DNA of 64,000 nt from Candidatus Poribacteria bacterium (GCA_965214095.1 OZ243938.1:3904001-3968000); one strand, 5' to 3'. Shown: positions 19,945 through 32,794, counted from the first letter of the stretch. Numbers and translations are program-made. The notes: a model not told the origin generated them from the sequence alone.

Positions 19945-21249
19945 GGAATTGGTATTACTATCCAATAATCTCTCTACCAAAGCAAGTGCCTCCTCTCGCG
20001 TTTGAATCTTACCATAAAACTGTTTATCTTCTATCTGTCTTAACAAGATACCAATCTCTTTTCCTTCCTTAAGTTGAAACTTCCTAATAAGATCTTCTCC
20101 TGTGATGAGTCGCCCCTGTTTTTGTATAGGTAAAATATGTTGATAATATGTATCAACGATTTGCCTCAGTACTTTGTCAGGGATAGAATGCATGACAGCA
20201 GAAAACAAAAGCACACCCCACCATTCGGCCCCTGGCACCCTTAAGAAATCGATTATCTGTTTCTTTGTCAGTTTGTCATCAGTCAGGTGTGGATACCCAT
20301 CTACCATACAATTCATAAACTGCACCGCTTTTCTACTAAAACGCAGTTGTTTACCTATGTCTTTAACATCTCTATGCAGAAGAATGCATAGTTTAATCAA
20401 CGATTGACGGATGGCATATTGACCTAATTCTTCTATCAAGTAAGCATCTATTTCTGTCTGATAAGATGAAAGTGCTGTGGGAATCGGTGTTTCTTCAAAC
20501 TTTCCAAGTTCGGACCAATTCGCTATCTGTAGATCAATCTTTGGAAATACTTGTGATAGTAGACCTATCTTAGCGATCTGTTGTAGATAGGATTTTGCTT
20601 TAGGTACGTTAAGTATTTTCAACAATTCTTCTCGTATACGTTCTTTTGAGACTTGTCGTAGCAGATCTTTATGTTTCTTAACTAACCCAAGGGAATAATT
20701 TGACGTTTTAAATCCTAACTCCGCACTAAAGCGAAATATCCGCAGTAACCGAAGCGGATCATCAAGAATAACCTGTTCGCTGGGAAAGCGTAGGTGATGT
20801 GCTTCCAGGTCCTTCACACCATTACATGGGTCTATTATTACGGTGTTTTCAGACCCCATTACAGATTCCAATGGTATCGCCATAGAGTTTATTGTCAGGT
20901 CTCGGAGACATAAGTCATCCTCAAGGCTTGCTGCTCGATATTGTGCGAAATCTAAGCACATTTCACTTGGCACAAGGTCAGACGGTTTCACTATTACTCT
21001 TGCAGTAGGAGGGTTTTCTTCAAGAGGAATGCACGGTGCACGGATGCCTTGAGCGAATTTTTTTGCAAATGTAATCGCATCCGAATCCATCGTGAAGTCA
21101 TAATCTGTGGTCGGTCTGTTCAGAAGCAGATCGCGCACGACACCCCCAACAAGATATAGTTCAACACCATGCTTCTTAGCAAAAGCATGCAGAGATCGCA
21201 GAATTGGATTGTTACGTAGTTCATGCATACCAAGTTTCTCTAAATTCAC
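19939..21249 (-). CDS. cca: CCA tRNA nucleotidyltransferase / poly(A) polymerase family
   Basis: YLVGGVVRDLLL..DYD, RDLTINSMA, DDPLRLLR and ERIREEL motifs. Confidence 0.85.
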   Translation of the reverse strand: MNLEKLGMHELRNNPILRSLHAFAKKHGVELYLVGGVVRDLLLNRPTTDYDFTMDSDAITFAKKFAQGIRAPCIPLEENPPTARVIVKPSDLVPSEMCLDFAQYRAASLEDDLCLRDLTINSMAIPLESVMGSENTVIIDPCNGVKDLEAHHLRFPSEQVILDDPLRLLRIFRFSAELGFKTSNYSLGLVKKHKDLLRQVSKERIREELLKILNVPKAKSYLQQIAKIGLLSQVFPKIDLQIANWSELGKFEETPIPTALSSYQTEIDAYLIEELGQYAIRQSLIKLCILLHRDVKDIGKQLRFSRKAVQFMNCMVDGYPHLTDDKLTKKQIIDFLRVPGAEWWGVLLFSAVMHSIPDKVLRQIVDTYYQHILPIQKQGRLITGEDLIRKFQLKEGKEIGILLRQIEDKQFYGKIQTREEALALVERLLDSNTNSL

Positions 21250-21845
21250 CGGTTTGCTCTTTTTTTACGAGAACGAAATAGAATTCCATCAAGGTAAAGA
21301 TGTGATGCATATCCAATTAGACCAGCAACATAGAATGCCAAGCCGCTTCGGAAGGTCTCATCAAGGTTCTCGTGCTCAACTAACGAATCAAGCAATTCTG
21401 GAAGTTCCTTCCATGCAACACCATAACCGGAATATTCTACATAAAGCGGAATAACCAAAAACAGACCTGGAAGCAGAATCATAGTAATCCTGGAATGAGT
21501 CCAACCTCTATGTTTGCTAAGTATTGGAACCATGGCAAACAATCCTAATATTGCTGACTCTGAGTATCTTTGAAAAATAAAAAAAAGCGATAGGTTCAGA
21601 ACAAACAGAACGCTATAAAATATCTTTTGACTTTTGCTTTTGATGTCTACATCGGGAAACAAGCCGAACAGCAACGCGATGATGAAGCATGCAAGGATAC
21701 CTAAAGGATCCATTTCAATCGTCGGATTCCAGTCAAATGATGATCCGTATAAGATTGAAACAGAAACTGACAATATCAACGAAAATATGAAAAAGACACT
21801 GTAGGCGGTTAATCCACCGAGCCAGTGTTCACGAAACATACTCAT
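21246..21845 (-). CDS. Membrane metal-dependent hydrolase (YdjM-like)
   Basis: FPDVD, HRGWTHS and GYASHLYLD motifs. Confidence 0.85.
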   Translation of the reverse strand: MSMFREHWLGGLTAYSVFFIFSLILSVSVSILYGSSFDWNPTIEMDPLGILACFIIALLFGLFPDVDIKSKSQKIFYSVLFVLNLSLFFIFQRYSESAILGLFAMVPILSKHRGWTHSRITMILLPGLFLVIPLYVEYSGYGVAWKELPELLDSLVEHENLDETFRSGLAFYVAGLIGYASHLYLDGILFRSRKKRANR

Positions 21846-21958
21846 GCAAATAGTATAACATGCATGACAGAAAAATAAAATAAATCTTGACAAAAGTATG
21901 TACATTAAGTTAAACTTATTTATATTCATACGTCTTAAACAAAAACTTTCTTCAAAGG

Positions 21959-22103
21959 AACTTGCTGTGAAATTATCAGGTTTCTTAGTAATCATTGGTG
22001 TGGAACTTGAATTTGGCTTGAATACCAAAAAGGATAGTGTTAGCATGCTAATCTAATGTCTGTAGGTCAAATTCATCATGCCGCTGTAGTTACAGTGGTA
22101 GTT
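21959..22103 (+). ncRNA. Candidate rod-shaped structured RNA (6S-like, or part of the rimP leader)
   Basis: Nested complementarity: AACT/GCTGTGA with TTACAGT/AGTT, GGTGTG with CATGCC, and TGAATTTGGCTT (22008-19) with AGGTCAAATTCA (22064-75). Confidence 0.35.
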
Positions 22104-22154
22104 GCGAATGTCTATTCCCAATTTACTCGGAATAGAAAATCGCTTATGAAGAAC

Positions 22155-22199
22155 CGCGAGGTCTCTCCACAACCGAGAACAATCGCGTTTTTTGTTTTT
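22155..22199 (+). terminator. Terminator/attenuator-like hairpin in the rimP leader
   Basis: CGCGA...TCGCG stem followed by a T tract immediately upstream of rimP. Confidence 0.5.
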
Positions 22200-22213
22200 A
22201 GAAGGTTATAGTT

Positions 22214-22675
22214 ATGACAGAAGGAATAGACATTATCGTTTCGGATATTATAATCCCTCTGCTTGAAAGACAGGGTTATGAATTGGTGGCTGTGGAAACG
22301 GCAGGAAATCGGAGAAATCAGATACTCCGATTATTGATACACAAACAGGGAGGATTGTCTATTCAAGATTGCAAGACTGTAGATAAAACGGTTCGTCCGG
22401 TTTTGGAAGTACATCAAATATTGGATAACTATAAGCAGTTAGAAATTGCATCACCGGGGTTAGACCGTCCGTTGACTACGTCACGCGATTTTCAACGAAA
22501 TATAGGGAGAACCGTTAAAATTGAAACCACTTCAACTAACGGACAGTTTCTTGAAGTTCAAGGACTGCTAAAAAATGTTGTAGACGGATGTATAGTTTTA
22601 GAACAAGCATCAGGGAAAAACACAAATATTGATATTTCACAAGTTTGTAAAGGATACATTCAACTGGCCTGGTAG
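22214..22675 (+). CDS. rimP: Ribosome maturation factor RimP
   Basis: LEIASPGLDRPL motif; lies directly before nusA. Confidence 0.95.
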   Translation: MTEGIDIIVSDIIIPLLERQGYELVAVETAGNRRNQILRLLIHKQGGLSIQDCKTVDKTVRPVLEVHQILDNYKQLEIASPGLDRPLTTSRDFQRNIGRTVKIETTSTNGQFLEVQGLLKNVVDGCIVLEQASGKNTNIDISQVCKGYIQLAW

Positions 22676-22825
22676 TCAGTAATAAAATTTATGGTGTAAT
22701 CTGAATATAATAGACACGGTCGTGCAATGACAGGTGAGACACCCCGACCTTTGTGCATATACAGCATGTCTAAATTATTAAAAAAGAGACTATAATTTAC
22801 AGACTGTGTCCTGATTAGGAGAAAT

Positions 22826-24064
22826 ATGAGACAAAAAACTGAGGAAAGAAGAGAGAGTTTACAAAATTCGATTCGGCAAATGATGGGACACACCGATTTA
22901 CCGGAAGATGTGTTCTTAAGTGCTATTGAAGAAGCACTACGTGTCATTGCTCTACGACATTACGGGCCGGAAGCTAAGGTCTCTATTGATATTCAACTGG
23001 ATAGTGAAGAGATAAAGTGTCACGTCCCTAAGAAGGTTGTAAATATAATGCAAGATTTCTCAACGGAAATTCCGGTTGAGGAGGCAAAGAAACTCAAACC
23101 TGATGCAGAAATTGGCGATATATTAGAAGTTGAAATCAATCCTGAGGAATTTGGTCGCATCCAAGCACAATTAGGACGACAGATACTGCTTGGAAAACTC
23201 AGAGAAGCTGAACGCGAACTCATCTACAATGAATTTGAAGGACGCGAAGGTGAACTTGTTATTGGATATGTACAACGGTATGATGGTCCAAATGTCATTA
23301 TGGATTTGGAACGTACAGAAGTGTTGCGGACAGAAGCGTTGTTACCTGCAAGCCACATACCGCAACCCCATCGGTATAATCGTGGGGATTCCTTAAGGTG
23401 TTTGATTATTGAAGTAAAAGATACCATGACCGGTGAACAGTTGATTGTTTCCAGAACAGAACCAGACCTGATCACAAGGCTTTGTGAACAAGAGGTCCCC
23501 GAAGTTTATGAAGGTCAAGTTCGCGTGATGGCTGTTGCACGAGATCCAGGATACCGTGCTAAAGTTGCAGTCGCCGCAACTGAAGATGGTATTGATGCTG
23601 TCGGAACTTGTGTCGGTGTGAGAGGGGCAAGAGTTCAAACTATGGTTCGTGAACTTAAAAATGAAAGGATCGACTTTATTGATTGGGACGAAGATCCTCG
23701 CGTCTATATTAAGAATGCACTCAAACTTTCAGAGATACGACGTGTTGAACTTAACGATGAAGACAAAAGCGCGAATGTCATTGTCGCAGAAGACCAATTG
23801 TCGTTAGCAATTGGTAGACGCGGACAAAACGCAAGACTCGCAGCAAAAGTTACTGGATGGAATATTGACATAAAGAGTGAATCCGAAGTTCCTGTGTCAT
23901 TACAAACACTCTTTAAAGAAAGTGTACAGGATTCTGATGAAGATATAGAAGCAGATGAAACACCTGTAAACACAGAAGAGGATACTGCCGTTGAAGGTGA
24001 AAACGATGCGACTTCTGAGGCAGATATTGCATTGGATGATACATCTGAAAGCAACGATAGTTAA
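22826..24064 (+). CDS. nusA: Transcription termination/antitermination factor NusA
   Basis: FGRIQAQ, ARDPGYRAKVAV and LSLAIGRRGQNARLAAK motifs. Confidence 0.97.
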   Translation: MRQKTEERRESLQNSIRQMMGHTDLPEDVFLSAIEEALRVIALRHYGPEAKVSIDIQLDSEEIKCHVPKKVVNIMQDFSTEIPVEEAKKLKPDAEIGDILEVEINPEEFGRIQAQLGRQILLGKLREAERELIYNEFEGREGELVIGYVQRYDGPNVIMDLERTEVLRTEALLPASHIPQPHRYNRGDSLRCLIIEVKDTMTGEQLIVSRTEPDLITRLCEQEVPEVYEGQVRVMAVARDPGYRAKVAVAATEDGIDAVGTCVGVRGARVQTMVRELKNERIDFIDWDEDPRVYIKNALKLSEIRRVELNDEDKSANVIVAEDQLSLAIGRRGQNARLAAKVTGWNIDIKSESEVPVSLQTLFKESVQDSDEDIEADETPVNTEEDTAVEGENDATSEADIALDDTSESNDS

Positions 24065-24141
24065 CTGTCACACACTAATTATTTGTAATGCTTCATTTTT
24101 TTAGGAGTCTAATTGCTACACTATTTCTCCGTAGTAAATTG

Positions 24142-24421
24142 ATGAAGAGCGTGAAACCACCTATTCGCACCTGTATTGGGTGTCGTTGTAAATTTCCACA
24201 GAACACTTTAATCCGTTTTGTATGTCATAGAGGAGAGTCATTGAAAATACAAGCGTTGACAAAACTACCTGGACGCGGAGTTTATGTCTGTCGTTCTACG
24301 TCATGCATTCAGGAAGCATTCAAAGTCCCTAAACGGATAAACGCATTGCTACGAGTGCAATTACCGAAATCAGTTATCAACGAGTTCAAACTGACAATTC
24401 TTGATAAGGAGTTATATGCCG

Positions 24422-24429
<8 letters not shown>
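24142..24429 (+). CDS. ylxR: YlxR/DUF448 RNA-binding protein
   Basis: PIRTCIGCR and PGRGVYVC motifs; lies between nusA and infB. Confidence 0.9.
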
Positions 24430-26527
<2,098 letters not shown>

Positions 26528-26937
26528 GTATGCAAGTCAATTTAATTTCCATCATCAAAAACTGGACGTGAATCTACACCTAATTCGTACCTTTAAACTC
26601 GTTTCAAACGTTGAAAGTTAACATTCATTCCGTTGTTGTTTTCTTGTCTGCCAAAATTGCTCTTTGGTGAGAAGCAAGTGTCTCCTCTGATATCGCTTCA
26701 CTGCACACGAAACCATCAGAACAATTTGCATATTCCTAAAGCACAGTATGTCTACAAACAACGTTTTTACGGCTGAACGGGAAGTACTAGTGCCATCAAT
26801 AGATTTACCAGATATTTTAAAACCGAAATTGTGGAATCTGCTATAAGGGCAGTTACTCAAAAGAATCCTCCTGGAGCATATATCCGTGAATAAATAAATT
26901 GTATACATTCAACCTATATTATAGATAAATTATCCAA

Positions 26938-27222
26938 ATGCACATCGGTGTTTGTAAAATAAAGTTATATTTACCAGAAAGTCAATCCCTGAAGGAAAAA
27001 CGTAGGATACTAAAGAGTCTAATTGCGCGGTTAAAGAATAAATTCAACATTTCTATTGCCGAAGTTGACACACTTGATATGCATCAATCGGCTGTTATTG
27101 GAGTGGTCTCTGTGGCAAATGAAGTTAAATTTGTAAATCAAATTTTGTCTCAATGTGTTAGATTTATTGAAGTAAATTCATCTGTTGTCTTGCTTGATTA
27201 TGAAACCGACTTCTTTTACTAA
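26938..27222 (+). CDS. ylxP: DUF503 / YlxP family protein
   Basis: SLKEKRRILKSLIARLKNKFNISIAEV motif. Confidence 0.9.
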   Translation: MHIGVCKIKLYLPESQSLKEKRRILKSLIARLKNKFNISIAEVDTLDMHQSAVIGVVSVANEVKFVNQILSQCVRFIEVNSSVVLLDYETDFFY

Positions 27223-27308
27223 TCCTATGTTTTTGTAGTTATTTAGGAAATACTGTACAAACTAAAAAGATAGAAAAAATGCTTCCAAGTCCAGAAAGGG
27301 TGACAATT

Positions 27309-27689
27309 ATGATAGAGAATAGAAGACAAGACAGGGTAAGTGCACTTATCCAAAGAGAATTAAGCGAGGTAATTCACCGTGAAGTGAAAGACCCGAGAGT
27401 TGCATTTTGCACCATCACACATGTTGAGGCATCTGCAGACCTAAAATATGTTAATGTAAAAGTAAGTGTTATTGGAGGAACAGAGCAGAAGGAAGCGACA
27501 CTTGCTGGTCTTAAGAGTGCGGCGGGGTTTCTTAGACGTGAGATGAACCGACGTTTATCACTCAAACATTCACCTGAACTTCGCTTTAGTTTAGATGATT
27601 CAGTTGACCATCTGATGAAGATTGATGGTCTCCTTAAAGAAATTGAAGATGAAGTACTGGAAAATGAACCGAAAGAAAATGAACTGTGA
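27309..27689 (+). CDS. rbfA: Ribosome-binding factor A
   Basis: RRQDRV...KDPRV...AAGFLR...PELRFSLD motifs. Confidence 0.95.
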   Translation: MIENRRQDRVSALIQRELSEVIHREVKDPRVAFCTITHVEASADLKYVNVKVSVIGGTEQKEATLAGLKSAAGFLRREMNRRLSLKHSPELRFSLDDSVDHLMKIDGLLKEIEDEVLENEPKENEL

Positions 27690-28669
27690 TGAATAGTTTT
27701 CGCACCCTCCATACCCTTATTGATAAATACAAGACATACGCACTTACAACGCATGTTAACCCGGATGGTGATGCAATCGGGTCTGAATTAGCGTTTTACT
27801 TATACCTAAAAAGGTTAGGAAAAACTGTAAAAATATACAATGCAGATCCTGTTCCCAAAAAGTATCAGTTTCTGCCAAATTGGGAGAACATAGAGGACGC
27901 TCAAGCAGCATTAAACTATAGTCCAGAAATATTGATCATTCTTGATGCAAGTTCGCGTGACAGGATAGGCAACTTTCTCAACAAATGTCTAATACCACTC
28001 AATGCGGTTGTGAATATTGACCATCACATTACTGCGGAGGAATTTGCAGACTACAACATTATTCTACCTGATGCCTCATCAACTGCTGAGATCATTTACA
28101 AATACATAGATTCGACAGAAATACAAATTGACCCAGATTGTGCTTTATGCCTATATACTGGCCTAATATTTGATACAGGTTGTTTTCGTTACAGCAACAC
28201 AACACCTGAAACCCATCGGATAGCGGCAGATTTGATTGAATTGGGAGACTTTGCCCCAGATGAAGTTTACAGCAGAATATATGAACATGTCCCACTGGGA
28301 AAAATCCATCTTTTAGGTCAAACTCTTCAGACATTAGAACTCAGCAACGAAGGCAGAATAGCATGGGTTTTGGTTAACCAGTCTATGTTAGAGGATACGA
28401 ATACAACCTTAGATGATTTGGAAGGTTTTGTAAATCAAATTCAAGCCATTGAAGGTGTTGAGGTTGCTCTCTGTCTATGTGAACTACCGGATGGAAATAC
28501 AAAAGTTAGTTTACGTAGCGAAGGTAGAGTTGATGTTGCAGCACTTGCAGCCGAATTTAATGGTGGTGGACATGAACGCGCTTCAGGTTGTCGTATCAAC
28601 CAACCACCAACTTCAGCGATAAAATTGCTATTGGAGAGTACCAATCAACGTATTAAAGATATAAATTGA
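27686..28669 (+). CDS. nrnA: DHH-family oligoribonuclease / pAp phosphatase NrnA
   Basis: HVNPDGDAIGS, IDHH, DTGCF and GGGHERASG motifs. Confidence 0.9.
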   Translation: MMNSFRTLHTLIDKYKTYALTTHVNPDGDAIGSELAFYLYLKRLGKTVKIYNADPVPKKYQFLPNWENIEDAQAALNYSPEILIILDASSRDRIGNFLNKCLIPLNAVVNIDHHITAEEFADYNIILPDASSTAEIIYKYIDSTEIQIDPDCALCLYTGLIFDTGCFRYSNTTPETHRIAADLIELGDFAPDEVYSRIYEHVPLGKIHLLGQTLQTLELSNEGRIAWVLVNQSMLEDTNTTLDDLEGFVNQIQAIEGVEVALCLCELPDGNTKVSLRSEGRVDVAALAAEFNGGGHERASGCRINQPPTSAIKLLLESTNQRIKDIN

Positions 28670-28686
28670 TGATTCACTGAATCGGT

Positions 28687-28788
28687 TATGACAAATCCGA
28701 AAAATAGAAGGACACTTTCCTCCTACGGTAGGTGAGAAATCCTAGTCTCCGTTGATACAGTGTCAAATTGATTCTAAGGTCTACGATA
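28687..28788. mobile_element. Degenerate REP-carrying MITE-like element
   Basis: acactttcc..acggtaggtgag...agtgtcaa...tctacgata has the same layout as 11302-11404. Confidence 0.5.
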
Positions 28789-28861
28789 ATAAAGAAGATT
28801 AGGACCAAAAAATCTTTTCAGTATAGTCATTTCAAATAACAACAACTCGTGGAGAGAGATT

Positions 28862-29785
28862 TTGCAAACTTATTTTAATTTGGAATCTATCCCTGATTTT
28901 ACGCAGGATGCGGTGGTTACCTTTGGGGTATTTGACGGATTACATATTGGTCACCAAGATGTCCTTGACAAGGTTCGTGAACGTGCAACTGCGGAAAGAC
29001 TGGTAAGTGTTCTCTTCGGGTTTTATCCACATCCGCTGTCATATCTTGCTCCAAAGAATTGTCCACCAGTCTTAATGTGCTTACCCAAACGTATTGAAAT
29101 CCTTGAAGAACTTGGTTTTGATATCGCAATATTCGCGAACTTCAATGAAAAGATCGCTACTATGTCGCCAAAAACTTTTGTAGACGACATTCTACGAAAG
29201 TTATGCCGTGCTAAACATATAGTTGTTGGTTATGCATGTCAATTTGGCAAGGATAGAGAAGGGAATGCGGAGTTATTGGAATCTATAGGACAGCAATCTG
29301 GATTCGGTGTATCTGTTGTCCCTCCTACGCAGCTCAATGGCTTCCCTGTACATAGCACCCGTATTCGTCACGCAATCGCGAGGGGTGACCTCGGTTTAGC
29401 ATCGCAACTGTTGGGTAGAAACTATTCAATGAGCGGTACTATTGTTCAAGGTGATGGCCGCGGCAGTCAAATCGGATTTCCAACTGCAAATATTGAACCG
29501 GGTGAACAGATCTGCCCACCGAACGGTGTCTACGCAATCCGTGCCAAAGTAATAAATCAATGGTTTGACGGTGTTTTGAATATCGGGATTCGACCTACAT
29601 TTGATGGGACGAAATTTCAAGTAGAAAGCCACTTATTCAATTTCGACGAAATCGTATACGGTGAAACTATTGAGATATGTTTTATTGAAAAAATACGGAG
29701 TGAACGGAAATTCTCAGATATGCATGCTTTAGTTAAGCAGATACATCGGGATATTGCTGTTGCAAATGAAATACTCGCTCAGTAA
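28862..29785 (+). CDS. ribF: Bifunctional riboflavin kinase / FAD synthetase
   Basis: GVFDGLHIGH, HSTRIR, GFPTAN and IRSERKF motifs. Confidence 0.95.
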   Translation: MQTYFNLESIPDFTQDAVVTFGVFDGLHIGHQDVLDKVRERATAERLVSVLFGFYPHPLSYLAPKNCPPVLMCLPKRIEILEELGFDIAIFANFNEKIATMSPKTFVDDILRKLCRAKHIVVGYACQFGKDREGNAELLESIGQQSGFGVSVVPPTQLNGFPVHSTRIRHAIARGDLGLASQLLGRNYSMSGTIVQGDGRGSQIGFPTANIEPGEQICPPNGVYAIRAKVINQWFDGVLNIGIRPTFDGTKFQVESHLFNFDEIVYGETIEICFIEKIRSERKFSDMHALVKQIHRDIAVANEILAQ

Positions 29786-29807
29786 CCTTTACTGCATCCG
29801 ATAAAGA

Positions 29808-30443
29808 TTAAATCCTATTTCCAACCCACAACACACCACGTCGTATTACTTCTTGAAAACTTGGGTTCTCAAGCACGACCATATCGTGTCCAAGTGCATA
29901 ATAGAACACCCTTCCCTCACCATAAGTGTGATGGAACGCCATGACGTGTGTTTCATCTTTGGTATTATCATAGGCATGCATCAGATGATGTGAGGCATCG
30001 GGATTGTGCTTCAAATAGTAAAGTTCATCCTTTACATCATAGTCATCTAATCCTTGTGTGATAGGGTGATCAACATCGCTCACATTGACGGTAAAGTCCA
30101 TATAAGGACTATGTCCGTTGAAAAACCCATTGAGCATGCTGTGATAACCTTCAGATTCCCTAAAGGACGCGGCAGCTGTATGCAGTCCAAAAAAACCACC
30201 ACCTGAACTTATATAACTTAGCAATCCTTCCTCTTGTCCTGCTGTGAGTTCACCAACATCCGTGTAGAATAACACAGTCTGATATGCATCAAGACCATCA
30301 GCGAGCACATTGTAGTCTTGTGAGAAATCTGCTTTAATATTATCTGATTCATTGAGCATAGCAGTGATATATTTACCATTTCCTTCATGCTCGTGGTAAA
30401 TACCTTCTGTTCCAACAAATATGAGTGTTTTAAGGCTATCCAT
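29808..30443 (-). CDS. ThuA-like domain protein
   Basis: GGGFFGLH, HPITQGL..DELY and GEGRVFYYALGH motifs. Confidence 0.9.
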   Translation of the reverse strand: MDSLKTLIFVGTEGIYHEHEGNGKYITAMLNESDNIKADFSQDYNVLADGLDAYQTVLFYTDVGELTAGQEEGLLSYISSGGGFFGLHTAAASFRESEGYHSMLNGFFNGHSPYMDFTVNVSDVDHPITQGLDDYDVKDELYYLKHNPDASHHLMHAYDNTKDETHVMAFHHTYGEGRVFYYALGHDMVVLENPSFQEVIRRGVLWVGNRI

Positions 30444-30457
30444 TTATTATCTCCGTA

Positions 30458-31489
30458 TTATTTATTTGGCATAACAAGCACTTTCACAGATCCGTGTTCA
30501 TCTCTTCCCGCTGCAACCGCAAATGCTTCAGATATTTCACCCAACTGGAATTGATGCGTAACTAACGGACTCGGGTCAAGTTTTCCTGCAGCGAGCAGAT
30601 CAATCGCAACCTGAAATTCAGTTTTTCCTCCGCGTCTCCCGTAGCAAAATGACCATAAAATAGTAAGTTCTTTGCTGCGAGCAAATCTTTCTGAAAAGGT
30701 GAGTGGTGCGCCATGTCCACCTACCATGCAGACACGTCCCCGTTTCGCCGCTATTTGCGTTGCCTGTTCTAATGTATTCGCTTTCCCACCGACCGCTTCA
30801 AAAACAACATCTGCCCCGCGTCCATCACTCCACTCCATCACAGCAGTTACTGCGTCGGTCTCATCCACATTTATTGGTACTGCATCAACTGCTTTGTGTG
30901 CAATCTGTATCGGTGCATCCGGTTTTCCTAAAACAGCAATAGACGTTGCACCCGCTACATCTGCTACCTGTGCAATCGTCAATCCGACAGGTCCACTACC
31001 AATAATTGCAACACGATCACCGGGTGAGACCATCGCCCTATTGACAGCATGGACAGCCACGGCATACACCTCTGCTAATGCACCACCTTCAACGGAAACA
31101 CTGGCGGGAAGAAAATAAGCATTTGATGTGGACGCGACCATATACTCCGCAAAACCACCACCCGCATGCCGTAAATTAGAACAGATGTTGTAGTAACCGT
31201 TCAAACACTCTGGACAGGTGTTGCAGGGACTTATCGGTTCAATTGCAACTCGCGCTCCGGCTTTATGTTCAGTAACATCCTTGCCAATATCTACGATTTC
31301 TCCTGCAAGTTCATGTCCACCGATACGGGGAGATTGCGGTTTTTCTGGTTGTCGATGGTATCCGTGTAGGTCGCTGCCGCATATTCCAGCTGCATCCACC
31401 TTAACGAGGACCTGCTCTGGGGTGGGTGTCGGGTCGGGTACTGTTTCAACCCTGATGTCTTTTCCACCGTAAAATAGGGCTGCTTTCAT
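30458..31489 (-). CDS. Zinc-dependent alcohol/sugar dehydrogenase (MDR)
   Basis: GICGSDLH, GHE, CxxCxxC and GSGPVG motifs. Confidence 0.95.
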   Translation of the reverse strand: MKAALFYGGKDIRVETVPDPTPTPEQVLVKVDAAGICGSDLHGYHRQPEKPQSPRIGGHELAGEIVDIGKDVTEHKAGARVAIEPISPCNTCPECLNGYYNICSNLRHAGGGFAEYMVASTSNAYFLPASVSVEGGALAEVYAVAVHAVNRAMVSPGDRVAIIGSGPVGLTIAQVADVAGATSIAVLGKPDAPIQIAHKAVDAVPINVDETDAVTAVMEWSDGRGADVVFEAVGGKANTLEQATQIAAKRGRVCMVGGHGAPLTFSERFARSKELTILWSFCYGRRGGKTEFQVAIDLLAAGKLDPSPLVTHQFQLGEISEAFAVAAGRDEHGSVKVLVMPNK

Positions 31490-31537
31490 AATTCCAAAAT
31501 CCTAAATTGTCTAAACTATATCTTCTCTAACACATCG

Positions 31538-32146
31538 TTACTTCTTAACATATCTCCACCCATCAATAAGCACAGGAATCCCTCTAATCAAGCACATCAC
31601 AACAGTAATGTATGCAAGTATCAAAGACACCAACATAAAGGAATCAGTGACAATGATAGGGATGTTTGGAAAGGCATCTGTGTATTTGAGAACATACACG
31701 GTCGGAAGCAGAAGAAACATAACCGTCTTGGCTACGCCATAAACTGAGCGGGATATACGCGAACTCGTCAATGCACGCGCCCACGGAATAGTCATCATAT
31801 CAAATGGTGCTTTTCCTTCTGTCAGAGCAATACTGCGCACACCGTCTGTCAGAAGACCGCGAGTCACAACAACTATTGGCATCCAAAGAGGTATGAATTC
31901 TATCTTATAAGCAAAATATATCCACAATACATTTTCAACAATCCTGTCAGCAACAATATCAAAGACAGCACCGAATGTGGAGGTCTGATTCTTTTTACGC
32001 GCTACAATACCGTCTACGGAATCCATGATAAAAATAATAAGGATAGTTACAATACACGCAATACTTATATATGTGTTTGTTCCGAAGATTGCAAGGACAA
32101 TAAATGTCAATATTAGACGATAGACCGTTATAGCGTTTGCTGACAT
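31538..32146 (-). CDS. CDP-alcohol phosphatidyltransferase
   Basis: DSVDGIVARKKNQTSTFGAVFDIVADR motif. Confidence 0.9.
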   Translation of the reverse strand: MSANAITVYRLILTFIVLAIFGTNTYISIACIVTILIIFIMDSVDGIVARKKNQTSTFGAVFDIVADRIVENVLWIYFAYKIEFIPLWMPIVVVTRGLLTDGVRSIALTEGKAPFDMMTIPWARALTSSRISRSVYGVAKTVMFLLLPTVYVLKYTDAFPNIPIIVTDSFMLVSLILAYITVVMCLIRGIPVLIDGWRYVKK

Positions 32147-32334
32147 GTCAACTATTTCTCCAATTTCTTTCTCTTATAAATAGATATATTAGCAGATACC
32201 ATGATGTATATCAAGTTATTTTACTGAAATGCATGGTTATTTAGCTTTATGTTTTTCTGCTCTATTTCATTACAAACGTTAATAGTTTTGAGATACGATT
32301 TAGCTTGTGAACAAACATGGTAGTAGGCATGCTC

Positions 32335-32449
32335 ATGAAGATTAATTTATTAAACGGGTAATTCTCATTTTCTCAAACCCGGTAGGAGCGGTTTCCTAAC
32401 CGCTCCGGACTTCACAAGGAAATTACCTGATTTATTTCTTAATCCTCAT
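32335..32449. mobile_element. About 115-bp MITE (TIR ATGAAGATTAA) carrying a REP, inserted within another REP
   Basis: Near-identical copy at 35341-35455. Confidence 0.8.
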
Positions 32450-32617
32450 CCGCGTGCCGTCCACCTGAAAGGAATTTACGGCACACGGCGTATACCTCCT
32501 ACTATGCATCGCTACAATTCAAACCTTACTCTTCGCAAAACTCATCAAATGGCAATTTATAAAACTAAATAACCCTACCTGAAGTGTCCTGAGCTATCCA
32601 ATTATCACAAAATACTC

Positions 32618-32687
32618 TTGTTGGTGGGGTTTCTAACCCCATTTTATCCTATGCTCTTGAAATCGGGGTTGAAAACCCCTCCAACAA
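32618..32687. repeat. Inverted pair of GTTG-type REPs
   Basis: ttgttggtggggtttctaacccc ... ggggttgaaaacccctccaacaa. Confidence 0.75.
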
Positions 32688-32794
32688 AAAAAACCGCGAC
32701 AATTGAATATCGCTGCTACATCAGTTTTTCACTTGACTTTATACAGAAAAATAAGATAAAATCTATAGAACAAATCTGTATTGAGGAGATGTCA

